A stretch of 26,608 nucleotides of DNA from an archaeon. Lineage in GTDB: Archaea > Nanobdellota > Nanobdellia > Pacearchaeales > GW2011-AR1. The translations under genes and the position numbers were made by a program. Shown in pieces: positions 1 through 9,127 of the stretch (its first letter is position 1; each line of letters starts with the position of its first letter). Below the pieces are notes generated by a model, which saw only the letters and a list, made by a program, of their open reading frames with translations, was not told the DNA's origin and did not search any database. The stretch covers positions 1 to 26,608 of the forward strand of contig DAHVOT010000001.1 in assembly GCA_027318675.1 (NCBI GenBank), written 5' to 3'.

Positions 1-2
1 GG

Positions 3-392
3 ATTTTGGAATCTAATAGAAAAATAGCAAATATTTCAGATTTAATTATAATGTATAGAATATATAAAGAAAACGAAGATAAAATAAAAAGACAAAGATA
101 TTATTTTAACAAGGCAAAGGAATTTTATTTACAGAGGAAAAAAACAGGAAAAGATAATTATCCGGATTTTAACGATAAACAATTTATTTTAGAGAACATG
201 CATATAGATTCTATTAGGACAGGCATAGAAACAAGAATTCTTATTAAATTTCAAGACAATCAAATGAAAGCCGTGAGAAACGAAATAAAAAAATATTTTA
301 GCAAGTATGGCTTTAATAAAAGATTTGCAGCATATTATATTTTAAGCTTTTTACCATTTAAATTAATAAACTTATTGAGAAAGATATTTTAG
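3..392 (+). CDS. C-terminal part of a GT2-family glycosyltransferase (5' truncated by window edge)
   Basis: Frame is open from the edge: (R)ILESNRKIANISDLIIMYRI resembles the GT2 C-terminal W.R...kianl.e.l..YR segment; the TTG at 6 is probably not a real start; borders a glycosylation locus. Confidence 0.6.
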   Translation: MLESNRKIANISDLIIMYRIYKENEDKIKRQRYYFNKAKEFYLQRKKTGKDNYPDFNDKQFILENMHIDSIRTGIETRILIKFQDNQMKAVRNEIKKYFSKYGFNKRFAAYYILSFLPFKLINLLRKIF

Positions 393-415
393 TTTTTATA
401 TTCTTGAATTATGTG

Positions 416-1360
416 TTATTTCTTTTCACACCAAACTTCAATCTGATCACCCATTCTCAAGAAATTAACCAACCAAGTTAAAGGAAGGAAGAGAATATTC
501 AAGAAGTAATTTAATAATTTTATTCTTCTTTTTATATTTAGAGCGAAATATAAAGAGACTACAAATTGACTTGGTCTGGAGTTATATCTTGTTCTTTTGA
601 CTTTAAATCCATTTTTTTCCAAGATTAATCTTATATTTTTATTTGAATAATTAATTATATGCCTTGGGACATCTAATTGATACCAATTTTTTTTAAATAT
701 CCAATAAGCCAAAGAATTAGTATTCGGTATAGCGATTATAAGTTTTCCATCTTTCTTAAGTATCTTATTTATCTCGATTAAGGTTTCATGAGGATTATCT
801 AAATGTTCTAATACATGATTAATGGTTATTAAGTCAAAACTTTCTTTTTTGTATTTTGCATCTATTAAATTAGATTTTTTTATATTTAATGAGTATTTTT
901 TATTTTCTTCTTCATTGAAATCTCCGGGTTCAACACCTTGAACTTCCATTCCAAGTTCTTTCATCTCATATAAAAATTGTCCTGAACCACATCCTATATC
1001 CAGAAGTTTATTTCCTTTTGTTAAATTTGTTCCTCTAATAATAAATTTTATGGGAGAAAATATAGTTTTTAATAAAAGGTTATTCTTATTTGAATTGAAG
1101 TAAATTTCATACAATTTTATTTTTAATTTTGTTTTTTTAGACTCTTTAGGTTCTATACTTTTTAGAGAGTAATACTTTTCTTTAGAATAATAATCTTTGA
1201 GTTCTTTATATTCTGGTCTAGGATTCAAGAATAATGCAGAGCAATTCTTGCATTTGGAGATATAAAAGTATTTTTTAATATCTAAGTTTTTATCATATTG
1301 TTTGAACAAATTTTTTGTATTGTTGCTTCCACACACTTCGCATTTTTCTAAATTTTTCAT
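416..1360 (-). CDS. Class I SAM-dependent methyltransferase with N-terminal zinc ribbon
   Basis: CEVC...CKNC N-terminal pair, SAM motif LLDIGCGSG, FDLITINHVLEHL; ATGA overlap with upstream GT4. Confidence 0.9.
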   Translation of the reverse strand: MKNLEKCEVCGSNNTKNLFKQYDKNLDIKKYFYISKCKNCSALFLNPRPEYKELKDYYSKEKYYSLKSIEPKESKKTKLKIKLYEIYFNSNKNNLLLKTIFSPIKFIIRGTNLTKGNKLLDIGCGSGQFLYEMKELGMEVQGVEPGDFNEEENKKYSLNIKKSNLIDAKYKKESFDLITINHVLEHLDNPHETLIEINKILKKDGKLIIAIPNTNSLAYWIFKKNWYQLDVPRHIINYSNKNIRLILEKNGFKVKRTRYNSRPSQFVVSLYFALNIKRRIKLLNYFLNILFLPLTWLVNFLRMGDQIEVWCEKK

Positions 1361-2502
1361 TTTAATATTATTTTAGAATATTCTTCTCCCCATTTGTCAA
1401 TTGAAAATTCTTTTATTGTTTTAATTGCGTATTTTCTAATATCTTGCTGCTTTTTTTTATCTTGGATTAGATCAATTATTCTTTTTGCATCATTTTCATT
1501 GAAAGTGCTTAATATCAATCCATTTTTATTGTCTTCAATTATCTCTTGTTTAGAATCTTTTGAGCAAATTACCAAGCATCCAGATGCCATAGCTTCAGAT
1601 ACCACTAATGTTGGGGCTCCACCCTCATATCTAGATAAAAATAAAAGAAAATCTGCAACATTATAATATAGGGGTATCTTCTCTCTTGGAATATTTTGAA
1701 GATAGATTATAAATGCCCTATCTATTAAATTACCTACTTTATTTTTATCTGCACCTATAACAATTAATCTGTAGTTTTTGTTTCTCTTATATATTTCTTC
1801 AGATATTTTTACAGCCCTATCTAAACCTTTTATCCAATACCCTCCTTTACCAATATATAACCCATAAATCTTTTCTTTGTCTAGATTTAATTTTTTTATA
1901 GTATCTTCTTTGTTTCTTAACTTAAATTCCTTTAAATCTACACCTGTTCTTAATACTTCTATTTTTCTTTTTGAATTGTATGTTTCATTAATTTCTTTTT
2001 TTACTTTTTCAGATACACACACTATATTATCTGCATTTTTTATTGGAGTTTTTTCAATTAAATATCCATAAAGTAGCAAAGGAGAAAGAAGAATTCTTTT
2101 AATTAAATTAAACCTTTTAAGATGGACCTTATAATAAGGATAAGTTGCTCCATGGTAAGTATGGATTATTTTTTGATTGTCTTGCTTCTTGTAACTTTTC
2201 ATCCAATTTCCCCAGATTGCATGAGAATTAATTATATTAAAATAATTTTTATTTAGGTAATTCTTTGATTTTATGTTATAGATTATATCGTCGATAAATG
2301 GAATTTTCCCGCAGTTAAATCCAACATAGGTTATGCTATCATCTGATGTTATTTCATCTTTAGCCGATTTGTATATCCAAGTTATGATTAAAGAAGGGTC
2401 CTTTCTTTTAATGTACTTCAATAGGTTTTTTTGATAGAGGCTTATTCCTCCGAGAAATTTAGGATTAGCTCCATTAATAAAACATATTTTTTTATTTTCC
2501 AT
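1357..2502 (-). CDS. GT4 (GT-B fold) glycosyltransferase
   Basis: N-terminal GG motif (FLGGISLY), HTYHG, VCVSEKVK, GVDLKEF, KGLD, C-terminal YEGGAPTLVVSEAMASG. Confidence 0.9.
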   Translation of the reverse strand: MENKKICFINGANPKFLGGISLYQKNLLKYIKRKDPSLIITWIYKSAKDEITSDDSITYVGFNCGKIPFIDDIIYNIKSKNYLNKNYFNIINSHAIWGNWMKSYKKQDNQKIIHTYHGATYPYYKVHLKRFNLIKRILLSPLLLYGYLIEKTPIKNADNIVCVSEKVKKEINETYNSKRKIEVLRTGVDLKEFKLRNKEDTIKKLNLDKEKIYGLYIGKGGYWIKGLDRAVKISEEIYKRNKNYRLIVIGADKNKVGNLIDRAFIIYLQNIPREKIPLYYNVADFLLFLSRYEGGAPTLVVSEAMASGCLVICSKDSKQEIIEDNKNGLILSTFNENDAKRIIDLIQDKKKQQDIRKYAIKTIKEFSIDKWGEEYSKIILK

Positions 2503-2520
2503 TTTAATTTTTTATACTTT

Positions 2521-3531
2521 TTAATACAACCACCATACAGATTTTTTATTGCACCCAGCACATAATGGAACCTTGTAGAATTCCCCTCTAAGGTGTGCTT
2601 CACGTATCTTCCTTAATCTTTCACCTTTCCATACTTCTTCTATTGTTTGATTTTTTAAATTACCAATAATTGTTGAATGATTCCAATCATCACAGCATAA
2701 AACCACTTCTCCATTCCAATCTACAACCATTTTCAACCAGATTAATGCACAAGGTTTTCTTTTTATTTTTTTATTGAAATGGAAACTCTCTTTTGTACCT
2801 TCTTTTTGAATGTCATTTGCCCAATTTCTCATGTTAATGATATTTATACTATCTACTTTTCCTTTCCAGTACTGATAAAATTGCTTTATCTCTTTCTTGT
2901 TTTCTTCCAATTCAACTAGGACAAGATTTATTTTTGGATTTTTCTTATTAAGTTTCTTTCTAGTATTTATGAGACCAAGAACATTTTTCTTTGTAGCTTC
3001 AAATTTTAGGTTTTTCCTTATTTTTTCATAAGTTTCCTTGGTTGCTCCATCGAAGCTTATTGTTATATTGTCTAGTTTTGCTTCTATAATTTCTTTTGCT
3101 AATTTCTCTGTAAGAAGAGAAGCATTTGAATAAAATCCTACACTCATTCCTTTTTCTTTTGCATATTTTATCTTTTCAATAATCTTCTTATCTAAAAACG
3201 GCTCACCAAAAAAAGAGAGAGTAATAATTTTTATATTTAATCTAGCACAATTGTCTATTATTTTTTTGTAAAGATTCATATCCATAGTACCCATCTTCTT
3301 TAATTTTGAATGGGGACACATAATACATGCAGCATTACACAAGTTAGTTGTTCCAATATCTACTCCTAAAGGATATCCTCTATTTAATTCATTAATAGTC
3401 TTGTTTATCTTTTTATCATATATCTTATCATAGACTTTACTGTTCACTATAAAAGGAGTAGATAATATTTTTCTTCCCAAGTTATAGCCAACTCTGCTAC
3501 TTCTTATTTTACTTAGCGTTTTTTTTATCAT
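2521..3531 (-). CDS. Radical SAM protein with C-terminal SPASM/Twitch domain
   Basis: CNAACIMC (CxxxCxxC), FFGEPFLD, SNASLL, ISFDG, then PC...GEVVLCC...IGNL...EEVW...CAGC. Confidence 0.93.
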   Translation of the reverse strand: MIKKTLSKIRSSRVGYNLGRKILSTPFIVNSKVYDKIYDKKINKTINELNRGYPLGVDIGTTNLCNAACIMCPHSKLKKMGTMDMNLYKKIIDNCARLNIKIITLSFFGEPFLDKKIIEKIKYAKEKGMSVGFYSNASLLTEKLAKEIIEAKLDNITISFDGATKETYEKIRKNLKFEATKKNVLGLINTRKKLNKKNPKINLVLVELEENKKEIKQFYQYWKGKVDSINIINMRNWANDIQKEGTKESFHFNKKIKRKPCALIWLKMVVDWNGEVVLCCDDWNHSTIIGNLKNQTIEEVWKGERLRKIREAHLRGEFYKVPLCAGCNKKSVWWLY

Positions 3532-3532
3532 A

Positions 3533-4450
3533 TTAACTTTTCAAGATTTTATTATACTTTTTTGGAAAAAAAGCTGTAAACCAAAGACTTAGGTTCCTTA
3601 TAAAGTTAGTTCTTATAGAAATATTTTTTAGATCAAATCCTCCAGTATCTTTCTTTTTTCTAGATATTGCCACAAGTGGCAAGTAGAGAAATATTCTAAA
3701 GAATTTATTGAATCCTCTAAGATGCTTTCTTGAGAATATTATGTCGTTTTTGAATCTAATTAAAAGTCTTCTCTCATTTTCTTGAGAATCAATACTTTTA
3801 CCTTTTTTGTGGATTATTTTTACTTGAGGGATGCTGATAACTTTCCACATATTCTTTTTGGCTTTTAAGCAATAGTCTGTGTCTTCTAAAAGATAAGGGG
3901 AATATACTTCATCAAGCAGTCCAATATCTTTTATAACCTCTTTCTTAATTATTAAACAAGCACCCATAACATGATCTACTTCAAATATTTCTTTTTTGTT
4001 TTCCTTTAATTCTAAATCTATTTTCCATCCATGTAAATATCCTCCAAGGCTTTGTAAAGTTCCATCAGGATATCTTATATTACAACCAAGAATTCCTATA
4101 TTCTTGTCTTTCTCTCCTACTCCAACAATTTTACTCAGCCAATCCTTTTCAATAATCTCACAATCATCATTTAAAAGAATAAAATAATCTGGATTATATT
4201 CTTTTATTGCTTTTTTTATTCCAATATTATTTGATTTTGAAAATCCAAGATTTTTTTTATTTGAAGTTTCATTTATCCATTTAAATTCTTTTTTCATTCT
4301 TTTAGATATTTCTTCTGTTCCGCTATCATCAACAAAATATACTCTATAATTTTTGTATTCTGTTTTACTTTTTAAACTTTTGAGACATTCTTTAACCAAT
4401 TTTTCCTGATTATAGGTGCAGATTATTATAGCTACCTTTTTTTCTTTCAT
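3533..4450 (-). CDS. GT2 glycosyltransferase (WbbL/rhamnosyltransferase-like group)
   Basis: IIICTYN, VDDSG, NLGFSKSNN, LLNDD, GACLII, EDTDYC, IIHKKG. Confidence 0.9.
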   Translation of the reverse strand: MKEKKVAIIICTYNQEKLVKECLKSLKSKTEYKNYRVYFVDDSGTEEISKRMKKEFKWINETSNKKNLGFSKSNNIGIKKAIKEYNPDYFILLNDDCEIIEKDWLSKIVGVGEKDKNIGILGCNIRYPDGTLQSLGGYLHGWKIDLELKENKKEIFEVDHVMGACLIIKKEVIKDIGLLDEVYSPYLLEDTDYCLKAKKNMWKVISIPQVKIIHKKGKSIDSQENERRLLIRFKNDIIFSRKHLRGFNKFFRIFLYLPLVAISRKKKDTGGFDLKNISIRTNFIRNLSLWFTAFFPKKYNKILKS

Positions 4451-4459
4451 TTTAGAAAC

Positions 4460-5263
4460 CTATCCAAACCAATATCCCAGTTTATATGGAACTCCTCTTA
4501 ATATTCTCAACAAGAAACTCTTAAGGCTCCATTTTAAATGCTTGAATTTAAATCTTCTGAAACTATCTTTTTTTGTTATCAAGTCTCTATAAAGTCCTGT
4601 TTTGTAAAAATCTTTTGTTGTTTTACCCCATCTCCATTGTTTTTTGAATAATAATCTTAGAGTATCTGGCTCCATATGCTCTACAGCATCTTTAATCATT
4701 CCATTCTTTTTGGTTATTTGCTTAAATTCATACCAGGTTATTATATGATCTTGTGCAGCGCATATATTTATATGTTCTTTAGGAATTTTACTGTGTGCTT
4801 TCATTAATAATTTTCTTTTAAAGAATCTTGGCAAGACAATATCATCATCAGGTTTCCAATAGGTTTGTACAAGCATTCTATCTGCGTCGTATAATGAAGG
4901 CAAAAACTTTTTTCTATTGTATGCTCTTTCCCAAAGCCATACACTATCATAATCTTTCATTTTCTCAACTGCTCTTTCAATTGCTGTTTTCTCTAATATC
5001 TGGTCTGAATCGAGTAATAATACATACTCTCCTTTGCTTTTTTCGGTGCCAAGAATTCTGGCTTCTAGTAATTTTCCTTTGCACATTACAATTTTTGCAT
5101 TAAATTTTTTTGCAATATCGAGGGTCTTGTCTTTACTATAGCTATCAATTATAACTATCTCAATATTCTTATAAGTCTGGTTTTTAACTGCCTTTAAACA
5201 CTGTTCTAGAGTACTTTCAGAGTTATATGTGGGTATATTCACTGATACTAATTTGCCTTTCAT
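4460..5263 (-). CDS. GT2 glycosyltransferase
   Basis: VSVNIPTYN, IVIIDSYSKD, LLLDSD (DxD) motifs. Confidence 0.92.
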   Translation of the reverse strand: MKGKLVSVNIPTYNSESTLEQCLKAVKNQTYKNIEIVIIDSYSKDKTLDIAKKFNAKIVMCKGKLLEARILGTEKSKGEYVLLLDSDQILEKTAIERAVEKMKDYDSVWLWERAYNRKKFLPSLYDADRMLVQTYWKPDDDIVLPRFFKRKLLMKAHSKIPKEHINICAAQDHIITWYEFKQITKKNGMIKDAVEHMEPDTLRLLFKKQWRWGKTTKDFYKTGLYRDLITKKDSFRRFKFKHLKWSLKSFLLRILRGVPYKLGYWFG

Positions 5264-5264
5264 T

Positions 5265-6413
5265 TTATTCTCTTAATACTTCGTCAATTTTGTTTATAAA
5301 ATTATTTGTGTTAGAGATTAAATTAGATATCTTTTTAGGTCTTATTTTTGATTTTAAAAAAGCTTCTAGAACCTGATTTATTTCATTTATCATCTTTTTC
5401 TCTTCATAAAGCTCTTTAATTTTATAATATTGGGGTATTTTTTCTATTAATTTATTGTACCCTCCTTTATCTACGGCAATTATGGGTTTTCCTAAACTCA
5501 ATGCTTCAAAAGGCACTATACCAAAATCCTCAATAAACGGAACAAATATAACTGCCTTACATCCTTGATATAATCTTAAAAATTCTTTATTATCTAAATT
5601 TGTTTTTATTTCAATATTCTTGCATTCTTCAGACAACTTTTTAATTTCTTCATAATATCTCTTATTTTCTAGATTTCCAGCAATTATTAATTTTTCATCA
5701 GGATACTTCTTAGAGAAAACTTTCCAGGCTTTTATAAGTAAATCCTGCCTTTTTGGGGGATTTATTCTAGAAGGGTATAAAAAATAGTTCTTATTTTCTA
5801 CCTTTATCTTTTCTAGTTTATCCAAATCTGTAGGAGGATAAATAACACTAATTTTCTTATTTTTTAATAAATCTCTTTTTTTTGCTCTTTCTAAACTCAA
5901 CTCTGAATTAAATATCAAATGATCTATTCTCTTCCATGCTGCTCTTTCCAGTATTTTATAAAAAAATATAGATATCCTGTATATAAATCTATGAAAAAAG
6001 TTTTTATATTTGTTTTTTATATTCCAGTTAATTATATCTTTGTCTGCTTCCCTTAATGGGGTGTGTATATATGCATAAGTTCTTCCAGGTTTATAATTTC
6101 TGAATGTAATAAATTCTCCAACACCAGAAGTCGAGATAATAAAAGATTCATATTTTTTAAGAGGGATTTTATAAAATAAAGAATTTATTAAAAATAATCC
6201 TCTTAAGATATTAGAATGTGAAAATCTTCTGAAAAATTTATTGCCTATTAAATTGACTTTAAATTTTTTGAATTCTTCAAATGTATTTTCTGGCTCATAA
6301 ACCCAAGTATATAATTCAGATTCCTTGAAATTCTTTAATAATTCAAGCACAGTTTTCTCTGCACCTCCTCTGCTTTTTATCCAGGGGTGAAAGATAGCTA
6401 TTTTATTTTTCAT
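5265..6413 (-). CDS. GT4 glycosyltransferase (ALG2/ALG11-like N-terminus)
   Basis: HPWIKSRGGAE, IFNSE, IYPP, SRINPPKRQDLLI, EDFGIVPFE (EX7E); ATGA overlap with aglB. Confidence 0.9.
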   Translation of the reverse strand: MKNKIAIFHPWIKSRGGAEKTVLELLKNFKESELYTWVYEPENTFEEFKKFKVNLIGNKFFRRFSHSNILRGLFLINSLFYKIPLKKYESFIISTSGVGEFITFRNYKPGRTYAYIHTPLREADKDIINWNIKNKYKNFFHRFIYRISIFFYKILERAAWKRIDHLIFNSELSLERAKKRDLLKNKKISVIYPPTDLDKLEKIKVENKNYFLYPSRINPPKRQDLLIKAWKVFSKKYPDEKLIIAGNLENKRYYEEIKKLSEECKNIEIKTNLDNKEFLRLYQGCKAVIFVPFIEDFGIVPFEALSLGKPIIAVDKGGYNKLIEKIPQYYKIKELYEEKKMINEINQVLEAFLKSKIRPKKISNLISNTNNFINKIDEVLRE

Positions 6414-9091
6414 TTTACAAAAGTCATATTATCTAATTCTGCATATCCCCCAGAAACAGCAATAAACTCTTTTAATGCAATTATATTTTCAGGGGCATTA
6501 ATTTCCCAAATCTTTAATGGACCTCTTAATCCAGAGAAATAAAAGAATTCATTTAATCTCATCCCACTATATGTTTCAAGATATGTCTCTAAAGGATCTG
6601 ATTCAGAATGTACTAATTCTACTCCTTCATAAATCCCCTTAGGATCATTCATTAAATATAGTTGTGCAACAAGGCTGTCAACTACTCTTGAAGATAAATA
6701 AATCAATGCACCTTCTTCATCTAATTGTATTCCATTGTTTACTTGGGTTATTTGAGGTATAACATATACAGCAGTATTTGTTCCGTTTTTGAAATCATAG
6801 AATGTATTATTGTAATAAAGATACCTTACAGGCAAATTAACTTGATTTCCATTGGTTATATAGGCAGCAATAGGTTGTTTGAATTTTCCATTTTCTTTTT
6901 CAAGTATTATCCCTCCTATTCCAGAATTTTCAACAGGTATGAATGTTTTCTTTCCATTTTCCTCATAAATTATATCTTCATCTAATCCATATCCTCCATT
7001 ATAAATCCTTATTGTTCCATTCTTAGTTTCTTGAACTTGTGAAGGATTAGATACCATCGTAGGTATAAATGAGAATCTATCTTTAGTTTCTTCATCACTT
7101 CCAATACTGCTATAAGCAGAATATTTTCCTATATCTGTTGGATCTATTAACAAATAAGATACATTTTGAGCCTTCATAAAACTTAATGCAGTTTCAGGTT
7201 TTGGAGTTGTAAGAAGATATCTTCCTATTAAATGATCCCAATATCCATTTCCATGGCCTCCATCAGTTACAGTGGGCCTCTCCCCCATATATTGCACCCA
7301 ATATCCATAATCCCACCAATGTACAAATATATCTCCAGGTTGAGTATTCTCTCTTACCCACTCCATAGAATATTGCCACTGCAAATTTGCAGAAGAACCA
7401 ATTTGACTTGATTGGGCTTTAATTGTTTTTACATAATTTACAGAAGTAAAAACAAGTAAAATTAATATTCCTATTAAGACAGCATAGATTATCACTTTAA
7501 TAGTGTCATCTTTAGCTGTTCTTGAATATTCGTATATCTTTATTATAGAATATATTGCAAGCAAGCAGATTACTGGAGCAAGTATAAACAACAATCTTAT
7601 TGCACTTATTCCAGCAAGAGCCATGAAGAAAGCAAGAAGCATCATTATAATATTTTCACTCTTAATCTCTAGTTTATCTTTAAAATAGATCCAAATAAAC
7701 ACCACAAAAAAGGTAGCAATACTTCCAATATAAAATAATTTACTAATAAAAGAATCTCCATTAAATATTGAGCCTGTAGAATATCTATGAAAGAATATTG
7801 CAAATATCATTAATATCCAAAAAAATGAAAATAATATTTTGTTCTTCTTTTTATGTATTCCTTTTGAAAATTCAATACCGATTATTGCTGAACCTGCAAT
7901 AAATAACCAGAAGAATAATTTTCCAAATTGGTTTATTATGTCGGAAGTATAAGGAAGAGCATTTTCAGCAACAGTCTCCCCAACTCTTCCACCTCCAAAA
8001 GGTCTTAGTATATTTTGAACTATACCAGATAAAGAAACACCTATACTCTGATTAAATATTAAACTTGCAAGTATAGCAAAAATTACAGTTATTATTGCAC
8101 TTACGATTATTCTGTATTTTCCTATTTCTTTTAGCTTTTTATTATTAAGTTTCATTAAGATATAGTCTACTATTATAAAAATAAGAACAAATGGTATTAT
8201 TATTCCTCTGATATTTAATAATAATCCTTTTATAGCGCTAATTGGATAATTAAATATAAAACCAAGTGCTATAAAAGAGATAAACCAAAATATATAGAAT
8301 AACAAATATTCTCTTAGATTATTTTTACCTTCCTCATTGTTTCCTTTGTTATTTATCCATAATAAAAGAACAGTTAATGGAACAATTAACAAAGTAAATG
8401 CTGCAACTCCGCTCCATGCAGCTATATTAAATATTGTGAAAAATCCTGTTATAATTCCAAGAATTATAGCCATTTTCCATGAATTTTTCTTTTCAATATT
8501 TTGCATTGATATAGTAAAAGAGAGCAATGCAAGGAAGAATGCAAACATTCCTAATGGCTCGTGGTCTGAGACCCCAGCCATTGTTCTGAATAAATAAGCT
8601 GGAATTATTGCTAGGAAAAAACTTGATAAAAGCGCTGCTATTTTTGATTTTGTAAGTTTTAAAACTAAAAAGAAAAATACGAGCATGCTTAAAACAAAAA
8701 ATATTACAGGATATATTACATCCACATATCTTAAAGTTATATTATCTGAGAATTTACTAAGTGTTTTGTACGTAAATACTAAGGTGTAAGGAAGAAGTTC
8801 ATTACTGAATGGAAGATTAAGAGAAGGATATCTCATTGAATCATACTCTGGATAACTCCCATTCTCATTTAAAACTTCAGCAAGCCTTAGGAAGTAAAAT
8901 GCATCTAAATCTGCTGTAAGATATTCATCGGTTGTAGCGTCTTTCAGCAAAGAAATATTGTTTGTCCTTATTTGTGCAGTAAATGCAATAGTTGTAATTA
9001 ATAAAATAGCTATTATAATCCAGAGTATTTTCTTTTGATTAAAGAAATTAAACACCTTTTTAGTGGTTCCTTTTATAGCTTCCTTATTCAT
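6410..9091 (-). CDS. aglB: Oligosaccharyltransferase STT3/AglB
   Basis: Multi-TM N-terminal region with DLDAFYFLR and GVSDHE, catalytic WWDYG motif, DGG, and DIGK (DxxK) motif. Confidence 0.97.
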   Translation of the reverse strand: MNKEAIKGTTKKVFNFFNQKKILWIIIAILLITTIAFTAQIRTNNISLLKDATTDEYLTADLDAFYFLRLAEVLNENGSYPEYDSMRYPSLNLPFSNELLPYTLVFTYKTLSKFSDNITLRYVDVIYPVIFFVLSMLVFFFLVLKLTKSKIAALLSSFFLAIIPAYLFRTMAGVSDHEPLGMFAFFLALLSFTISMQNIEKKNSWKMAIILGIITGFFTIFNIAAWSGVAAFTLLIVPLTVLLLWINNKGNNEEGKNNLREYLLFYIFWFISFIALGFIFNYPISAIKGLLLNIRGIIIPFVLIFIIVDYILMKLNNKKLKEIGKYRIIVSAIITVIFAILASLIFNQSIGVSLSGIVQNILRPFGGGRVGETVAENALPYTSDIINQFGKLFFWLFIAGSAIIGIEFSKGIHKKKNKILFSFFWILMIFAIFFHRYSTGSIFNGDSFISKLFYIGSIATFFVVFIWIYFKDKLEIKSENIIMMLLAFFMALAGISAIRLLFILAPVICLLAIYSIIKIYEYSRTAKDDTIKVIIYAVLIGILILLVFTSVNYVKTIKAQSSQIGSSANLQWQYSMEWVRENTQPGDIFVHWWDYGYWVQYMGERPTVTDGGHGNGYWDHLIGRYLLTTPKPETALSFMKAQNVSYLLIDPTDIGKYSAYSSIGSDEETKDRFSFIPTMVSNPSQVQETKNGTIRIYNGGYGLDEDIIYEENGKKTFIPVENSGIGGIILEKENGKFKQPIAAYITNGNQVNLPVRYLYYNNTFYDFKNGTNTAVYVIPQITQVNNGIQLDEEGALIYLSSRVVDSLVAQLYLMNDPKGIYEGVELVHSESDPLETYLETYSGMRLNEFFYFSGLRGPLKIWEINAPENIIALKEFIAVSGGYAELDNMTFVK

Positions 9092-9112
9092 TGAGATTAA
9101 AGAAAATCACCA

Positions 9113-9127
9113 TTTAAAAACCTTAGT
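9113..9127 (-). promoter_or_regulatory. Putative BRE/TATA promoter of the aglB operon
   Basis: Minus strand ACTAAGG-TTTTTAAA, 21 nt before the aglB ATG; same spacing as five other genes. Confidence 0.65.

Noticed and set aside
6230-6239. Another AAATTTTTCA half-motif (minus strand) inside the GT4 gene
   Set aside because: Lacks the ATWCAAA half and the SD; shows the first half alone occurs by chance.
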